From a virus (taxonomy: Duplodnaviria; Caudoviricetes): DNA of 24,483 nucleotides. Positions 1-7,876 of this stretch are shown here, piece by piece. A program made the translations under genes and the position numbers. The notes below the pieces were generated by a model. It ran no database searches. It saw only the letters and a program-made list of their open reading frames with translations, and had not been told where the DNA came from. Location of the stretch: the IMG/VR virus record IMGVR_UViG_3300032332_002443, positions 1-24,483 of that record, one strand, 5' to 3'. Position 1 is the stretch's first letter. Every line of letters begins with the position of its first letter.

Positions 1-231
1 AACCTTAGCAATAGCAGCAATCGGCATTCCCTCATTAGTTAGACAAGATACTTCATATGCATTCCATATATCATATCCACAGAACGGAGGATTATTATCA
101 GAAATGTCTAAATGCTTTCTATTATTCTGTCTTGGCTCGCGAACTAAGAGTGATGGATCATATGTACATTTATACCCGGTTATTTTACCGAGATGCTTTG
201 ATATATTACTATTATCTAATTCCGTATTCAT
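1..231 (-). CDS. queF: 7-cyano-7-deazaguanine (preQ0) reductase QueF, bimodular type; N-terminal part, runs off the window edge
   Basis: Not in the ORF track. Manual translation from ATG 231: MNTELDNSNISKHLGKITGYKCTYDPSLLVREPRQNNRKHLDISDNNPPFCGYDIWNAYEVSCLTNEGMPIAAIAKV. This matches the E. coli-type QueF N-terminus (LGK-x-T-x-Y-x3-YD-x-SLL-x3-PR..R..L...PF-x-G-x-DIW-x2-YE-x-S-x-L-x3-G-x-P). Overlaps the end of the kinase gene by 20 nt. Confidence 0.9.
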   Translation of the reverse strand, partial: MNTELDNSNISKHLGKITGYKCTYDPSLLVREPRQNNRKHLDISDNNPPFCGYDIWNAYEVSCLTNEGMPIAAIAKV

Positions 232-790
232 TAAGTTTTATTTTAATTGCTTCCATTCGTTCTTCAACTGTTCCTTTTAAAATAGTTACCTTACCTTTTA
301 ACCGTTCATCTTTTAACCAAAAGTTCTCATACAAATCAATAATTGCATCTCTAAATTCTTTATTTGTACTTCTCTCACCATCGTCTACCAACGGTACATC
401 ATGAGGACTCGGATAAAAAATATGATCATATCTTTTAATATAATTTGTATAATATAAGAGACCTAAGCTATTAGACACAGGAAAATCATTTAGTCTGTCT
501 CTAGCAAAATAGCTTGTATAAACCATCCCATCCATTAAGCAGCGATCATGTAATATGCCTTGAAAATTAAATCCTTTATAATTATAAAACAAATTCTCAA
601 ATTCTTTATTCAGAATTAACGTCTGCGTTACATCATTAGCACCTTCTTCGTTTATATCACAATTATGCCAACGTTTAATTAGCCTAGTTACTTCATCAAT
701 ATAGCATAGCTTAGAGTCATAATATTCTTTACACTTCTTTAAAAGAGTAGTCTTACCCGAACACTGAGGACCTGTAAAAGTAAATATCAT
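212..790 (-). CDS. P-loop nucleotide kinase-like protein (AAA_28/NadR-like; putative (d)NMP kinase)
   Basis: Walker A GPQCSGKTT, E-x-x-R, HDRCLMDG (DR motif of TMPK-like kinases), YDHIFY, DDGER, LKGTVEER. Confidence 0.75.
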   Translation of the reverse strand: MIFTFTGPQCSGKTTLLKKCKEYYDSKLCYIDEVTRLIKRWHNCDINEEGANDVTQTLILNKEFENLFYNYKGFNFQGILHDRCLMDGMVYTSYFARDRLNDFPVSNSLGLLYYTNYIKRYDHIFYPSPHDVPLVDDGERSTNKEFRDAIIDLYENFWLKDERLKGKVTILKGTVEERMEAIKIKLNEYGIR

Positions 791-957
791 TTTTTAAGTA
801 TCTTAGCAGTATATTCTAACTCAATGCCATATAAAAGCTCTTTTAATGTTCTTACTTCTTCGCGAAGAATACGATTTTCTTCTTCTATTTTTTTTAGCTG
901 CTTTACTAATTCTGCTTTATTATCAGTTATTTGTCTATACCAATGCATTAAAGACAT
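787..957 (-). CDS. small coiled-coil hypothetical protein (56 aa)
   Basis: Manual translation MSLMHWYRQITDNKAELVKQLKKIEEENRILREEVRTLKELLYGIELEYTAKILKK. Fills the operon gap exactly, with an ATGA overlap into the kinase start. Confidence 0.7.
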   Translation of the reverse strand: MSLMHWYRQITDNKAELVKQLKKIEEENRILREEVRTLKELLYGIELEYTAKILKK

Positions 958-959
958 CT

Positions 960-1307
960 TTATTTACCCCACTTACCATTATATACTATTTCTGCAATAA
1001 TGCCATACACTGCAGAATCTCTAAATGCATCCATAACTGGCTCATTTGCTGAGCTCATTGCTTTCTTTTTTAAAACTAAATTAATTAACCGCTGAATTTT
1101 ATCATTAAGACGAACAACAATAGCAGATATTGCAGCAAACCTATCCTCTTGTTTTACTAAATCTGAACCAAGAGAAATATTTCCAGGACCGTAATCAAAT
1201 TGTTTTTTGCAAAACGTTTCGTAAAGCTCTATTTGTATTTTTTGAAACTCTTTGCATGTTTCAGGAAAATTTTTCTCTACGTATTTAATGGCATCTTCTT
1301 TATTCAC
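960..1307 (-). CDS. DUF1599 / nucleotide-modification-associated domain 1 (Nmad1), all-alpha protein
   Basis: KKQFDYGPGNI, RLNDKIQRLINL and EPVMDAFRDSAVYGII motifs. GTGA overlap with the guaC stop. Confidence 0.75.
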   Translation of the reverse strand: MNKEDAIKYVEKNFPETCKEFQKIQIELYETFCKKQFDYGPGNISLGSDLVKQEDRFAAISAIVVRLNDKIQRLINLVLKKKAMSSANEPVMDAFRDSAVYGIIAEIVYNGKWGK

Positions 1308-2263
1308 AATCTCACACCGTAATTCACTTTATTTAAATTTAATGAACCTAGATTGCAACCACCTGCATAGCTAATTGCACTCTGCAAATCTTGTTTTATT
1401 TCATCGAGTTTTTCTAGATATGTAAACGTATCTGTATCCATAAGCTTCATTGTACCTTCGATATTTTTCTTTTCAATTTTATTATGAACGCTAGCAGATC
1501 CAAAATATTGTTTATATCTTCTACCATTTGCATCCTTAACAAGGGGCGCTGGACTATCTGAACATGCAGCAAATATAGAACCGCACATTACCATATTAGC
1601 ACCTGCAACTAGCGCCTTAGCAATATCACCATTACTACGTACACCGCCGTCCGCAATAATAGGAATATTTCTATCTTTCGCACACTCCATAATACAGCTA
1701 AACATCGGATAGGTAAATCCGGTCTTATCTTTTGTTGTACATGCATATCCACCGCCAATGCCAACTTTTACTGCATCAGCCCCTGCATCATGCAAACACT
1801 CTACGCCTTCAAAAGTAGCTACATTACCAGCTATAACTATTGCCTTAGGCAAATTATCCTTAATTACTTTAATTTGATTAGCGACCTTGGAGTGGTGACC
1901 GTGTGCAACATCTATAGTGACGAAATCTACTCTAAGTTTATGGTTAGCTAAATTATTAATTAATGCTTTATCTTTAAATTGTATTCCTACGCTAATTGAA
2001 ACATTATTAAAAAGAGCTTCATTTGCATCTCTCACAAAAGCAAAAATATCATGATCAAATCTATGCATAATATAAAAGTAGTGTTTTGAATCCAATAATT
2101 GACAAATATCAAAATCAACACAACATCTCATATTAGCTGGTATAACTGGCAATTTAAATACTTTGCCTAAAAAATTAACATCTGTTTCAATTTCGCTACG
2201 AGTCTTAACAGAACTAAAGTTGGGTTTTAGAAAAACATTTTCGTAATGAAGAGATATATCCAT
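1304..2263 (-). CDS. guaC: GMP reductase
   Basis: IMPDH/GMPR barrel without CBS domains: PVIPANM, YIMHRF, TIDVAHGH, IAGNVAT, KVGIGGGYACTT (catalytic Cys), IIADGG, YFGSAS, DLQSAISYAGG. Confidence 0.9.
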   Translation of the reverse strand: MDISLHYENVFLKPNFSSVKTRSEIETDVNFLGKVFKLPVIPANMRCCVDFDICQLLDSKHYFYIMHRFDHDIFAFVRDANEALFNNVSISVGIQFKDKALINNLANHKLRVDFVTIDVAHGHHSKVANQIKVIKDNLPKAIVIAGNVATFEGVECLHDAGADAVKVGIGGGYACTTKDKTGFTYPMFSCIMECAKDRNIPIIADGGVRSNGDIAKALVAGANMVMCGSIFAACSDSPAPLVKDANGRRYKQYFGSASVHNKIEKKNIEGTMKLMDTDTFTYLEKLDEIKQDLQSAISYAGGCNLGSLNLNKVNYGVRL

Positions 2264-2264
2264 A

Positions 2265-2834
2265 TTATTTTTCTAAAACCTTATAAGCTGTGAAAAAACT
2301 TTTCCAGAGATCAAGTGCAGTGTCTCTCAGAGCACCGTATACACCATTTAAATCCATACCCTCAATACCTACGCCCTGACTCATTAATATTTCTCCCTCA
2401 TCTACACCTGGGGTAACCTTGTGTATAACACAACCGGCTAATTTGTAGCCTTGCACAAAAGCTCTTTCCTGCGGATTAAACCCTTTAAGCGATGGGAACT
2501 TATCAATCAGCCCTGGATGTAAGTTATATATTTCATACTGTTCACAAATCTCTTTAGGAATTATTCTCAAGTACCCATGAAGAGTGATCACCGGGTTATT
2601 AAAACACTTTAAGATTTTTAAATAATTGCTTGCAACCGGTTTGCTAGGCAAAGATATTAAAATAGTTTTATTAAGCTTATGCTCTCTAAACTGTGTTACA
2701 CTCAATAATCCCTTATTAACGTTTTTTAAATCTGACTTATTAGTTACAATTGCATCCGGATATACACCTAGCGTATTTGATATATCATGTATCTCGGTGC
2801 CGGTTTGCGAGAAAAATGTTATCCAAGGTCTCAT
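2265..2834 (-). CDS. PurN-like formyltransferase; by context probably a preQ1 formyltransferase (DpdN-like)
   Basis: FFSQTGTE, LHGYLRII, YNLHPGL (catalytic N/H), GCVIHKVTPGVDEGEIL (catalytic D). ATGA-coupled to the TGT-like gene. Confidence 0.8.
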   Translation of the reverse strand: MRPWITFFSQTGTEIHDISNTLGVYPDAIVTNKSDLKNVNKGLLSVTQFREHKLNKTILISLPSKPVASNYLKILKCFNNPVITLHGYLRIIPKEICEQYEIYNLHPGLIDKFPSLKGFNPQERAFVQGYKLAGCVIHKVTPGVDEGEILMSQGVGIEGMDLNGVYGALRDTALDLWKSFFTAYKVLEK

Positions 2835-3643
2835 CTACGAATAATCTTCTTAAACATTGTAGTATTATACTTTACTAGTTCAAGCTGATCATCAGTAATT
2901 TTATGTGTAATGAGATCGGCTAATTTTGTTGTCGGCTTATTTGTTAGACCGTAATCCGCATCATACTTTAAATTAAAGATAGCGGCAACGACAGGGTTAC
3001 TTGTATCACAAGAAACAATATTGTAGATATTCCTATCAACATAATATCGGAATTCTTTAGCCAAAGAGCAGCCTAATAAATGATGAGGTTTATTCCAGTT
3101 CCAAATATTACTATTAATTAAATCAGCAATAAAGCGCTGACGACCAGAACAGAACCTTTCAAGATCATTAGCACCATATCCAGTTGTCTGGTAGTAGCTA
3201 AAATCAAAACTTATTGCTATCATATCAGCACTATCAGACATAAACTTGTAACAATCAGCTAAATCTTTCCATGTCTTACCTTGAACAGCACCGATAGATT
3301 TCGTATAAAAGGATTTCTTAATATCATCAGTTTTCGTTTCAAATGCAACAAAGCTGCTAACAGTACCGTCAGCATCCTCTAGTACGTCAGGTACAATAAA
3401 CATATTTGGCTGAATATCTAGTGCAGCCTTATAAAACTTCTCAGGATTAAAAGCTTTGCCTAATTCAAATATTGAATTATCTAGAAGAACTTCTCTATTA
3501 TAAACAGAGCGCGCAGATTTAAAAAAGTTATAATATTCTGGAAATTCTTCAAAAAGATGAACTAATGCATAGTCAAAATCATTATATTTTTGTGACTCTT
3601 GGAGTATAGATATAGGCGATTCGTGTGAAACTTTCATTAGCAT
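2831..3643 (-). CDS. dpdA: TGT-fold deazaguanine transglycosylase-like protein (DpdA family, probably DpdA3-type)
   Basis: TIM-barrel motifs in TGT order: VLLDNSIFE, FIVPDV, GAVQG, IAISF, HHLLGC, SCDTSNP. No C-terminal Zn site. Start moved from TTG 3694 to ATG 3643, which lies 6 nt below a -10 box. Confidence 0.75.
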   Translation of the reverse strand: MLMKVSHESPISILQESQKYNDFDYALVHLFEEFPEYYNFFKSARSVYNREVLLDNSIFELGKAFNPEKFYKAALDIQPNMFIVPDVLEDADGTVSSFVAFETKTDDIKKSFYTKSIGAVQGKTWKDLADCYKFMSDSADMIAISFDFSYYQTTGYGANDLERFCSGRQRFIADLINSNIWNWNKPHHLLGCSLAKEFRYYVDRNIYNIVSCDTSNPVVAAIFNLKYDADYGLTNKPTTKLADLITHKITDDQLELVKYNTTMFKKIIRR

Positions 3644-3649
3644 AAATGT

Positions 3650-3678
3650 ATTATAACTGTAAATATTACATAGATCAA
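3650..3678 (-). promoter_or_regulatory. sigma70-like promoter of the modification operon
   Basis: TTGATC-17 nt-TATAAT, 6 nt upstream of ATG 3643. A plus-strand TAAATA (3660-3665) lies inside the spacer. Confidence 0.7.
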
Positions 3679-6279
3679 ATGAATTATCCAACATTTCATG
3701 GTAATTATTTGGGCATAGTTGTGCAGAACAATGACCCGCTCAAGAGAGGTAGAGTAAAGGTCTTTGTTCCTCATATTTCACCTTCTGTATACAAGAACTG
3801 GACTGAAAATAATGCGGATAAAAAATTTAAATTTTTAGGTAAAAATGTTAACAGCGATCTATCAAGTATTATAGATGATTTAAAGAAAATATTACCTTGG
3901 GCAGAATTATCGGTACCACTAGCAGGTGAGACAAGTAGCGGTAGATATAATGCCTATAAAAATACCGGTACAATAAGCGATAGTAGTAACTTGAATAGTA
4001 CTTTTAATAGTCCTACGAATTCTGAAATCGACCCAGCCAAGCTTACGCAGTTTTCTCAAAATCAAGATAATATAGGTGAAAAACCAGGAAATGTTTTTGA
4101 TATTAGCTATTATAAGTTAAAAGATGCATTTAATACTCCTAGTGAGACGAATGTTAATAACGCAAACAAATATAGTTATAATTATACACCAGAATGTTAT
4201 AGTAATTGTGCGCGCGGTAGTTTTCCTGTATTAAATGTTGGAGCTCACGTATGGGTGTTTTTTAATAACGGCGATCCTCTTAAACCAGTTGTTTTTGGTG
4301 GTTCATTCGGTTCAAATGACTGGCAAGGTATATTTGATAGCACTTCACCTGAATTATCTGCTGCAGGTACAAGCTTAGATTACCCAGGTAGCTATGAAAA
4401 TATATCAAATATAGATAATGAAAATTACGATATTAATACAGAAACTTATAGAAATAAATATGTCATAAATCAAAAAGGCGGAACATTAGCTTTTATCAAT
4501 ACCGATAATAGAGAGGTTTTAAAGTTAACGCATTACTCAGGATCATTTAAAGAGTTTAATAATTTTGCAAATATTGAGCTAGCTACAAACAACGATCAAA
4601 AATTAGTTTTAAATGATCAATTTTTAACTATACGGGGTACCAGAAATGAATTTACTGAGCTTGATTATGATCAGGTAACCAAGGGAGATATATATAGAAA
4701 AGTTGGTAACCTAGATCGTGAGTCTAGTTTGCTCTGGAAGACAATAGTTTCAGAGATAGCAGACGTAAAGCAGTTGTTTGATATTCAAAGAGCGGATAGC
4801 GCAACATCTATAGGCGGGCTAAAGCTTACATCATCTAAGCAGAGAAAAGTTTCTGGCTCTTTAAACAACCCGTGCCCTGTTTGTAATTCTAGCGCCACAA
4901 CATATTTTGCGGTTAACAATTCATTTAATCCAGATTTTGATTTAGGTATAATAGGCGGTACAACAAACGTTAAAGGTGATTTTCCTTTCGGTAATACATT
5001 TTCGCCAAACGGAATACAGCCGAGTATGGGATTTTTAGGAAATTTAGGCACTCCTCAAGCTATTACTCCTGTAGATAGTCTTGGCGGAACCGTCGACGGT
5101 TCTTCCGCATCCACTGGACCGGGGTATATTTTTGGTATACCATGCCCTGCGTGTAATCCAAATGATACTAACAGAAGTAATCCACAGAAAAGAGGAATTA
5201 ATCCTAGCTCTCAAGGTGGCTCATGGCCCGCGGATACTGAGAAACAAAAGCTACCAGATCTAATTAAAAGTAAAATTAAAGATTTAGCTGCTATAGAAAA
5301 AAGACTCGGTATAGGTGGCAGTGAAATTATTGAAATAACTAAGCATAAAATAGAAACTATCGGTACTGTAATGAATGATTTTGGCTCTATAAGAGTTGAT
5401 ATGCTTGGAAAAATGTATGTATCAGAAGTTCAGGTTGGTAAACACGGATCATTCTATAATAGAACACCTACCCCTCTAGTTGAGCTAGTTCATGTTGATG
5501 ATTTACCAGGCGGTAACTATACTCTTAATGTTTGTAATAGATACAATATAATGGTAGGAGCAGGTGGAGTTAGCTTAAAATCATACGGGCCTGTTAATAT
5601 AAGCGGCTCAATTACTAACGTAGCAGGCGAGCAGGTTAATATATCTAGTGAATTAGAAACAAATATAGACGGCGGAAAACGCCTTTCACTGGTAGGAGAT
5701 GTCGTTAGTATTAGACAAAGAGAAGGTAAGCAAGTAGTTGTAGAGGGCTCTTTAGGTGTTACTAATAATGTAATTGTAGCAGGCGGTATGCATGTAGAAG
5801 GCGAGCTAACAGCTAATCATATTACAATACCTACAGATGTACAGAACACTGAACAACAAATTGTATACAGTACTCCAGTAGAAGGAATGGCAATTGGTCG
5901 GGGATATACATCTACTACTAAAATAATAGGCTACCTAAAAGCATCTGATGTTACTAAGATATATTATACTATAGATGGAGAGCAAACGCCTTGCTCTATA
6001 CAACCTGGGTTTAGTTTAATACCTATATACGGATCTGGTATAGGAGCCACAGATATAGCTGCAGGTGTAGATAATTTTAGTAATGCAGCTGCAGACTCCC
6101 TGCCATTAGAAATTTATGGTACAGGAGCAGATCCTGATAGTATCTTTAGCCCCGCACATAGTCATAAGTTTAAGGGCGTTGCATCTACATTAACAAAAAC
6201 GAATGCAGAGGCACGAGAAGTTATTTCCGGTCAATATGCAGCAATTAATGCTGAGCCGTCCTCTGCAGGTCCAAAGTAA
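3679..6279 (+). CDS. baseplate hub/central spike protein, T4 gp5/VgrG-like
   Basis: OB-fold motifs YLGIVVQNNDPLKRGRVKV, LPWAE, VGAHVWVFFNNGDPLKPV; LTHYSGSFKEF beta-helix entry; beta-rich C-terminal region with HSH. Likely start is ATG 3679 (MNYPTF). Confidence 0.8.
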   Translation: MNYPTFHGNYLGIVVQNNDPLKRGRVKVFVPHISPSVYKNWTENNADKKFKFLGKNVNSDLSSIIDDLKKILPWAELSVPLAGETSSGRYNAYKNTGTISDSSNLNSTFNSPTNSEIDPAKLTQFSQNQDNIGEKPGNVFDISYYKLKDAFNTPSETNVNNANKYSYNYTPECYSNCARGSFPVLNVGAHVWVFFNNGDPLKPVVFGGSFGSNDWQGIFDSTSPELSAAGTSLDYPGSYENISNIDNENYDINTETYRNKYVINQKGGTLAFINTDNREVLKLTHYSGSFKEFNNFANIELATNNDQKLVLNDQFLTIRGTRNEFTELDYDQVTKGDIYRKVGNLDRESSLLWKTIVSEIADVKQLFDIQRADSATSIGGLKLTSSKQRKVSGSLNNPCPVCNSSATTYFAVNNSFNPDFDLGIIGGTTNVKGDFPFGNTFSPNGIQPSMGFLGNLGTPQAITPVDSLGGTVDGSSASTGPGYIFGIPCPACNPNDTNRSNPQKRGINPSSQGGSWPADTEKQKLPDLIKSKIKDLAAIEKRLGIGGSEIIEITKHKIETIGTVMNDFGSIRVDMLGKMYVSEVQVGKHGSFYNRTPTPLVELVHVDDLPGGNYTLNVCNRYNIMVGAGGVSLKSYGPVNISGSITNVAGEQVNISSELETNIDGGKRLSLVGDVVSIRQREGKQVVVEGSLGVTNNVIVAGGMHVEGELTANHITIPTDVQNTEQQIVYSTPVEGMAIGRGYTSTTKIIGYLKASDVTKIYYTIDGEQTPCSIQPGFSLIPIYGSGIGATDIAAGVDNFSNAAADSLPLEIYGTGADPDSIFSPAHSHKFKGVASTLTKTNAEAREVISGQYAAINAEPSSAGPK

Positions 6280-6474
6280 TTATCTTCTACTCTTTTTCCA
6301 GTTATTTCTGTGATTAGATACCCAATCGATTAAAGCGCGCTCAAACCCAACATCTTTATGTTCGCGTTCCGACATGCACCATTTATGCTTATGTATTTCA
6401 TCTCTTTCAGCTTGAAATTCTTTATACAAAGCTGAATTTTGTAGCAATACACCAAATGACGATAAGGCCGCCAT
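6280..6474 (-). CDS. DUF4032-like small protein
   Basis: EIHKHKWCMSE...DVGFERALIDW motif; TAAATA 5 nt upstream. Confidence 0.65.
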   Translation of the reverse strand: MAALSSFGVLLQNSALYKEFQAERDEIHKHKWCMSEREHKDVGFERALIDWVSNHRNNWKKSRR

Positions 6475-6475
6475 A

Positions 6476-6577
6476 TCAATATTTAGTCCTATGAGCAGTA
6501 AAATACACTACATCAGTAACCTCAAAAGGTTCCCACCAACCCACCCCTGATGTATAAAAATACAACTTCTCCTTCAA
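6476..6577 (-). CDS. possible 33-aa microprotein (or a structured RNA; see findings)
   Basis: TTG-start ORF MKEKLYFYTSGVGWWEPFEVTDVVYFTAHRTKY fills the gap exactly; TAAATA at 6582-6587. Confidence 0.3.
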   Translation of the reverse strand: MKEKLYFYTSGVGWWEPFEVTDVVYFTAHRTKY

Positions 6578-6587
6578 AATTTATTTA

Positions 6588-6806
6588 TTATTGAGCGGAT
6601 AATTTTTCTTTAAGACTATCAAATATTGTTTGTTTTTCTTCCAGGGCTTGAGACTTAAGTACATCAATAATCTTTAATACAACCGGAATGCGCAGTGTTT
6701 TTAGTGTCATGTGATTAGGTTCAAACGGTAAAAATCTTTGACAAATAAGATAAAGAATAGAAACTTCTTCTTCAGTAAGGCTCTGAAGCGTATGAGAATA
6801 AATCAT
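6588..6806 (-). CDS. hypothetical protein
   Basis: 72-aa ORF with an ATGA overlap with the nrdB stop. Confidence 0.65.
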   Translation of the reverse strand: MIYSHTLQSLTEEEVSILYLICQRFLPFEPNHMTLKTLRIPVVLKIIDVLKSQALEEKQTIFDSLKEKLSAQ

Positions 6807-7867
6807 AGCTTAATATCATCAAACGTATCTTCTGTTATATTCGTATCACGGGCACCGATCTTATAAGCAGAGATCTCTGTTTCTTGCGGTGCTACCTGAA
6901 CCTTACTACTATCCAGATAGCTATCAAGCCACCCTGCAATAGGATTTTCTTTTTGATTAAACAGCTTTTTATATCCTAGAGAACGCAACCTATTATCACA
7001 CAACCACTTTGTGTAACCGCCAAGTACGTCGGGGTTCAAGCCAAGCAAAGCACCTTTACTAAACAAATAATGTGCCCAATCTATTTCATTTTTTACAGCT
7101 TGCTCATAAAACGCATATACCTTATCCTCACTCTTTTTTGCAATTCCAGTAAATCCTTCCTTATCTTCATCACGAAATATTTTCAACAAATTCTGTGTAA
7201 TGCCAAAATGTAGAGCTTCATCGCGCTGAATAAACTTAATAATCTTAGAATTACCTTCCATCTTGCCGCGGTAACCGAAATAAAAGCTACAAGCAAACGA
7301 TACATAAAAAACAAGCCCTTCCATTACGTTGGTCGAAAGTACACAATCATAAATTTTCTCCCTCTTATCTTTCTTTTCATCTGATCCAAGAATTTTATCA
7401 TAATTATTTCGGATTAACTCAGCTCTGCTTACAATTTCCTTATCCTCCATAATGCTGTCAAAAAATTTGGTAGCATCTGGATGAACATTATTAAGCAGAT
7501 ATGAATAGCTATAGCTATGAATACCCTCAAACCGTGCCCATGTATTCATACATATTTCTAGTTCAGGATTAGTTACGTACTCTTTTAATGAATGTATAGA
7601 CCTAGAGAGCATGCTATCTCCTAATGTTTGAAATCTTAGATTTTGATCGAATACAAACCGTTCTTCTGCTGTCAACTCCTTATAGTCACTCCTATCTTTT
7701 TGCAAAGAGATTTCATGAGGCCACCAGAAGAATTCTTCTTGCTTTTTAAATAACTCAAAAAAGATAGGGTACTTAAACCTATCATATCTCTGAAGATTTA
7801 AATCTTCACCAAGAAATATTGGCTGCTTGGTGTAGTCAATATTTTTTAAATTAAGTACAGACTTCAT
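6803..7867 (-). CDS. nrdB: ribonucleotide reductase class Ia beta subunit
   Basis: FFWWPHE, TLGDS, FEGIHSYSY (radical Tyr), MEGLVFYVSF, RDEALH, VAPQETEISAY. Confidence 0.95.
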   Translation of the reverse strand: MKSVLNLKNIDYTKQPIFLGEDLNLQRYDRFKYPIFFELFKKQEEFFWWPHEISLQKDRSDYKELTAEERFVFDQNLRFQTLGDSMLSRSIHSLKEYVTNPELEICMNTWARFEGIHSYSYSYLLNNVHPDATKFFDSIMEDKEIVSRAELIRNNYDKILGSDEKKDKREKIYDCVLSTNVMEGLVFYVSFACSFYFGYRGKMEGNSKIIKFIQRDEALHFGITQNLLKIFRDEDKEGFTGIAKKSEDKVYAFYEQAVKNEIDWAHYLFSKGALLGLNPDVLGGYTKWLCDNRLRSLGYKKLFNQKENPIAGWLDSYLDSSKVQVAPQETEISAYKIGARDTNITEDTFDDIKL

Positions 7868-7876
7868 AAGGTTGTA

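Noticed and set aside
57-404. Plus-strand 115-aa ORF
   Set aside because: Antisense shadow of queF and the kinase gene; no recognisable motifs.
846-1052. Plus-strand 68-aa ORF, and similar short track ORFs at 2626, 4785, 5081, 8806, 9496, 11846, 12071, 12685 and 15436
   Set aside because: They lie antisense or out of frame within well-supported genes and lack the promoter motifs.
1304-2263. IMP dehydrogenase (guaB)
   Set aside because: Length, absence of CBS domains and the PANM/MHRF/YFGSAS/DLQSAISY motifs fit GuaC better.
2265-2834. purN as a de novo purine synthesis auxiliary gene
   Set aside because: No other pur genes are present, the N-terminal loop is divergent (SQTGTE rather than SGxGSN), and the gene is coupled to a TGT-like gene in an operon with queF.
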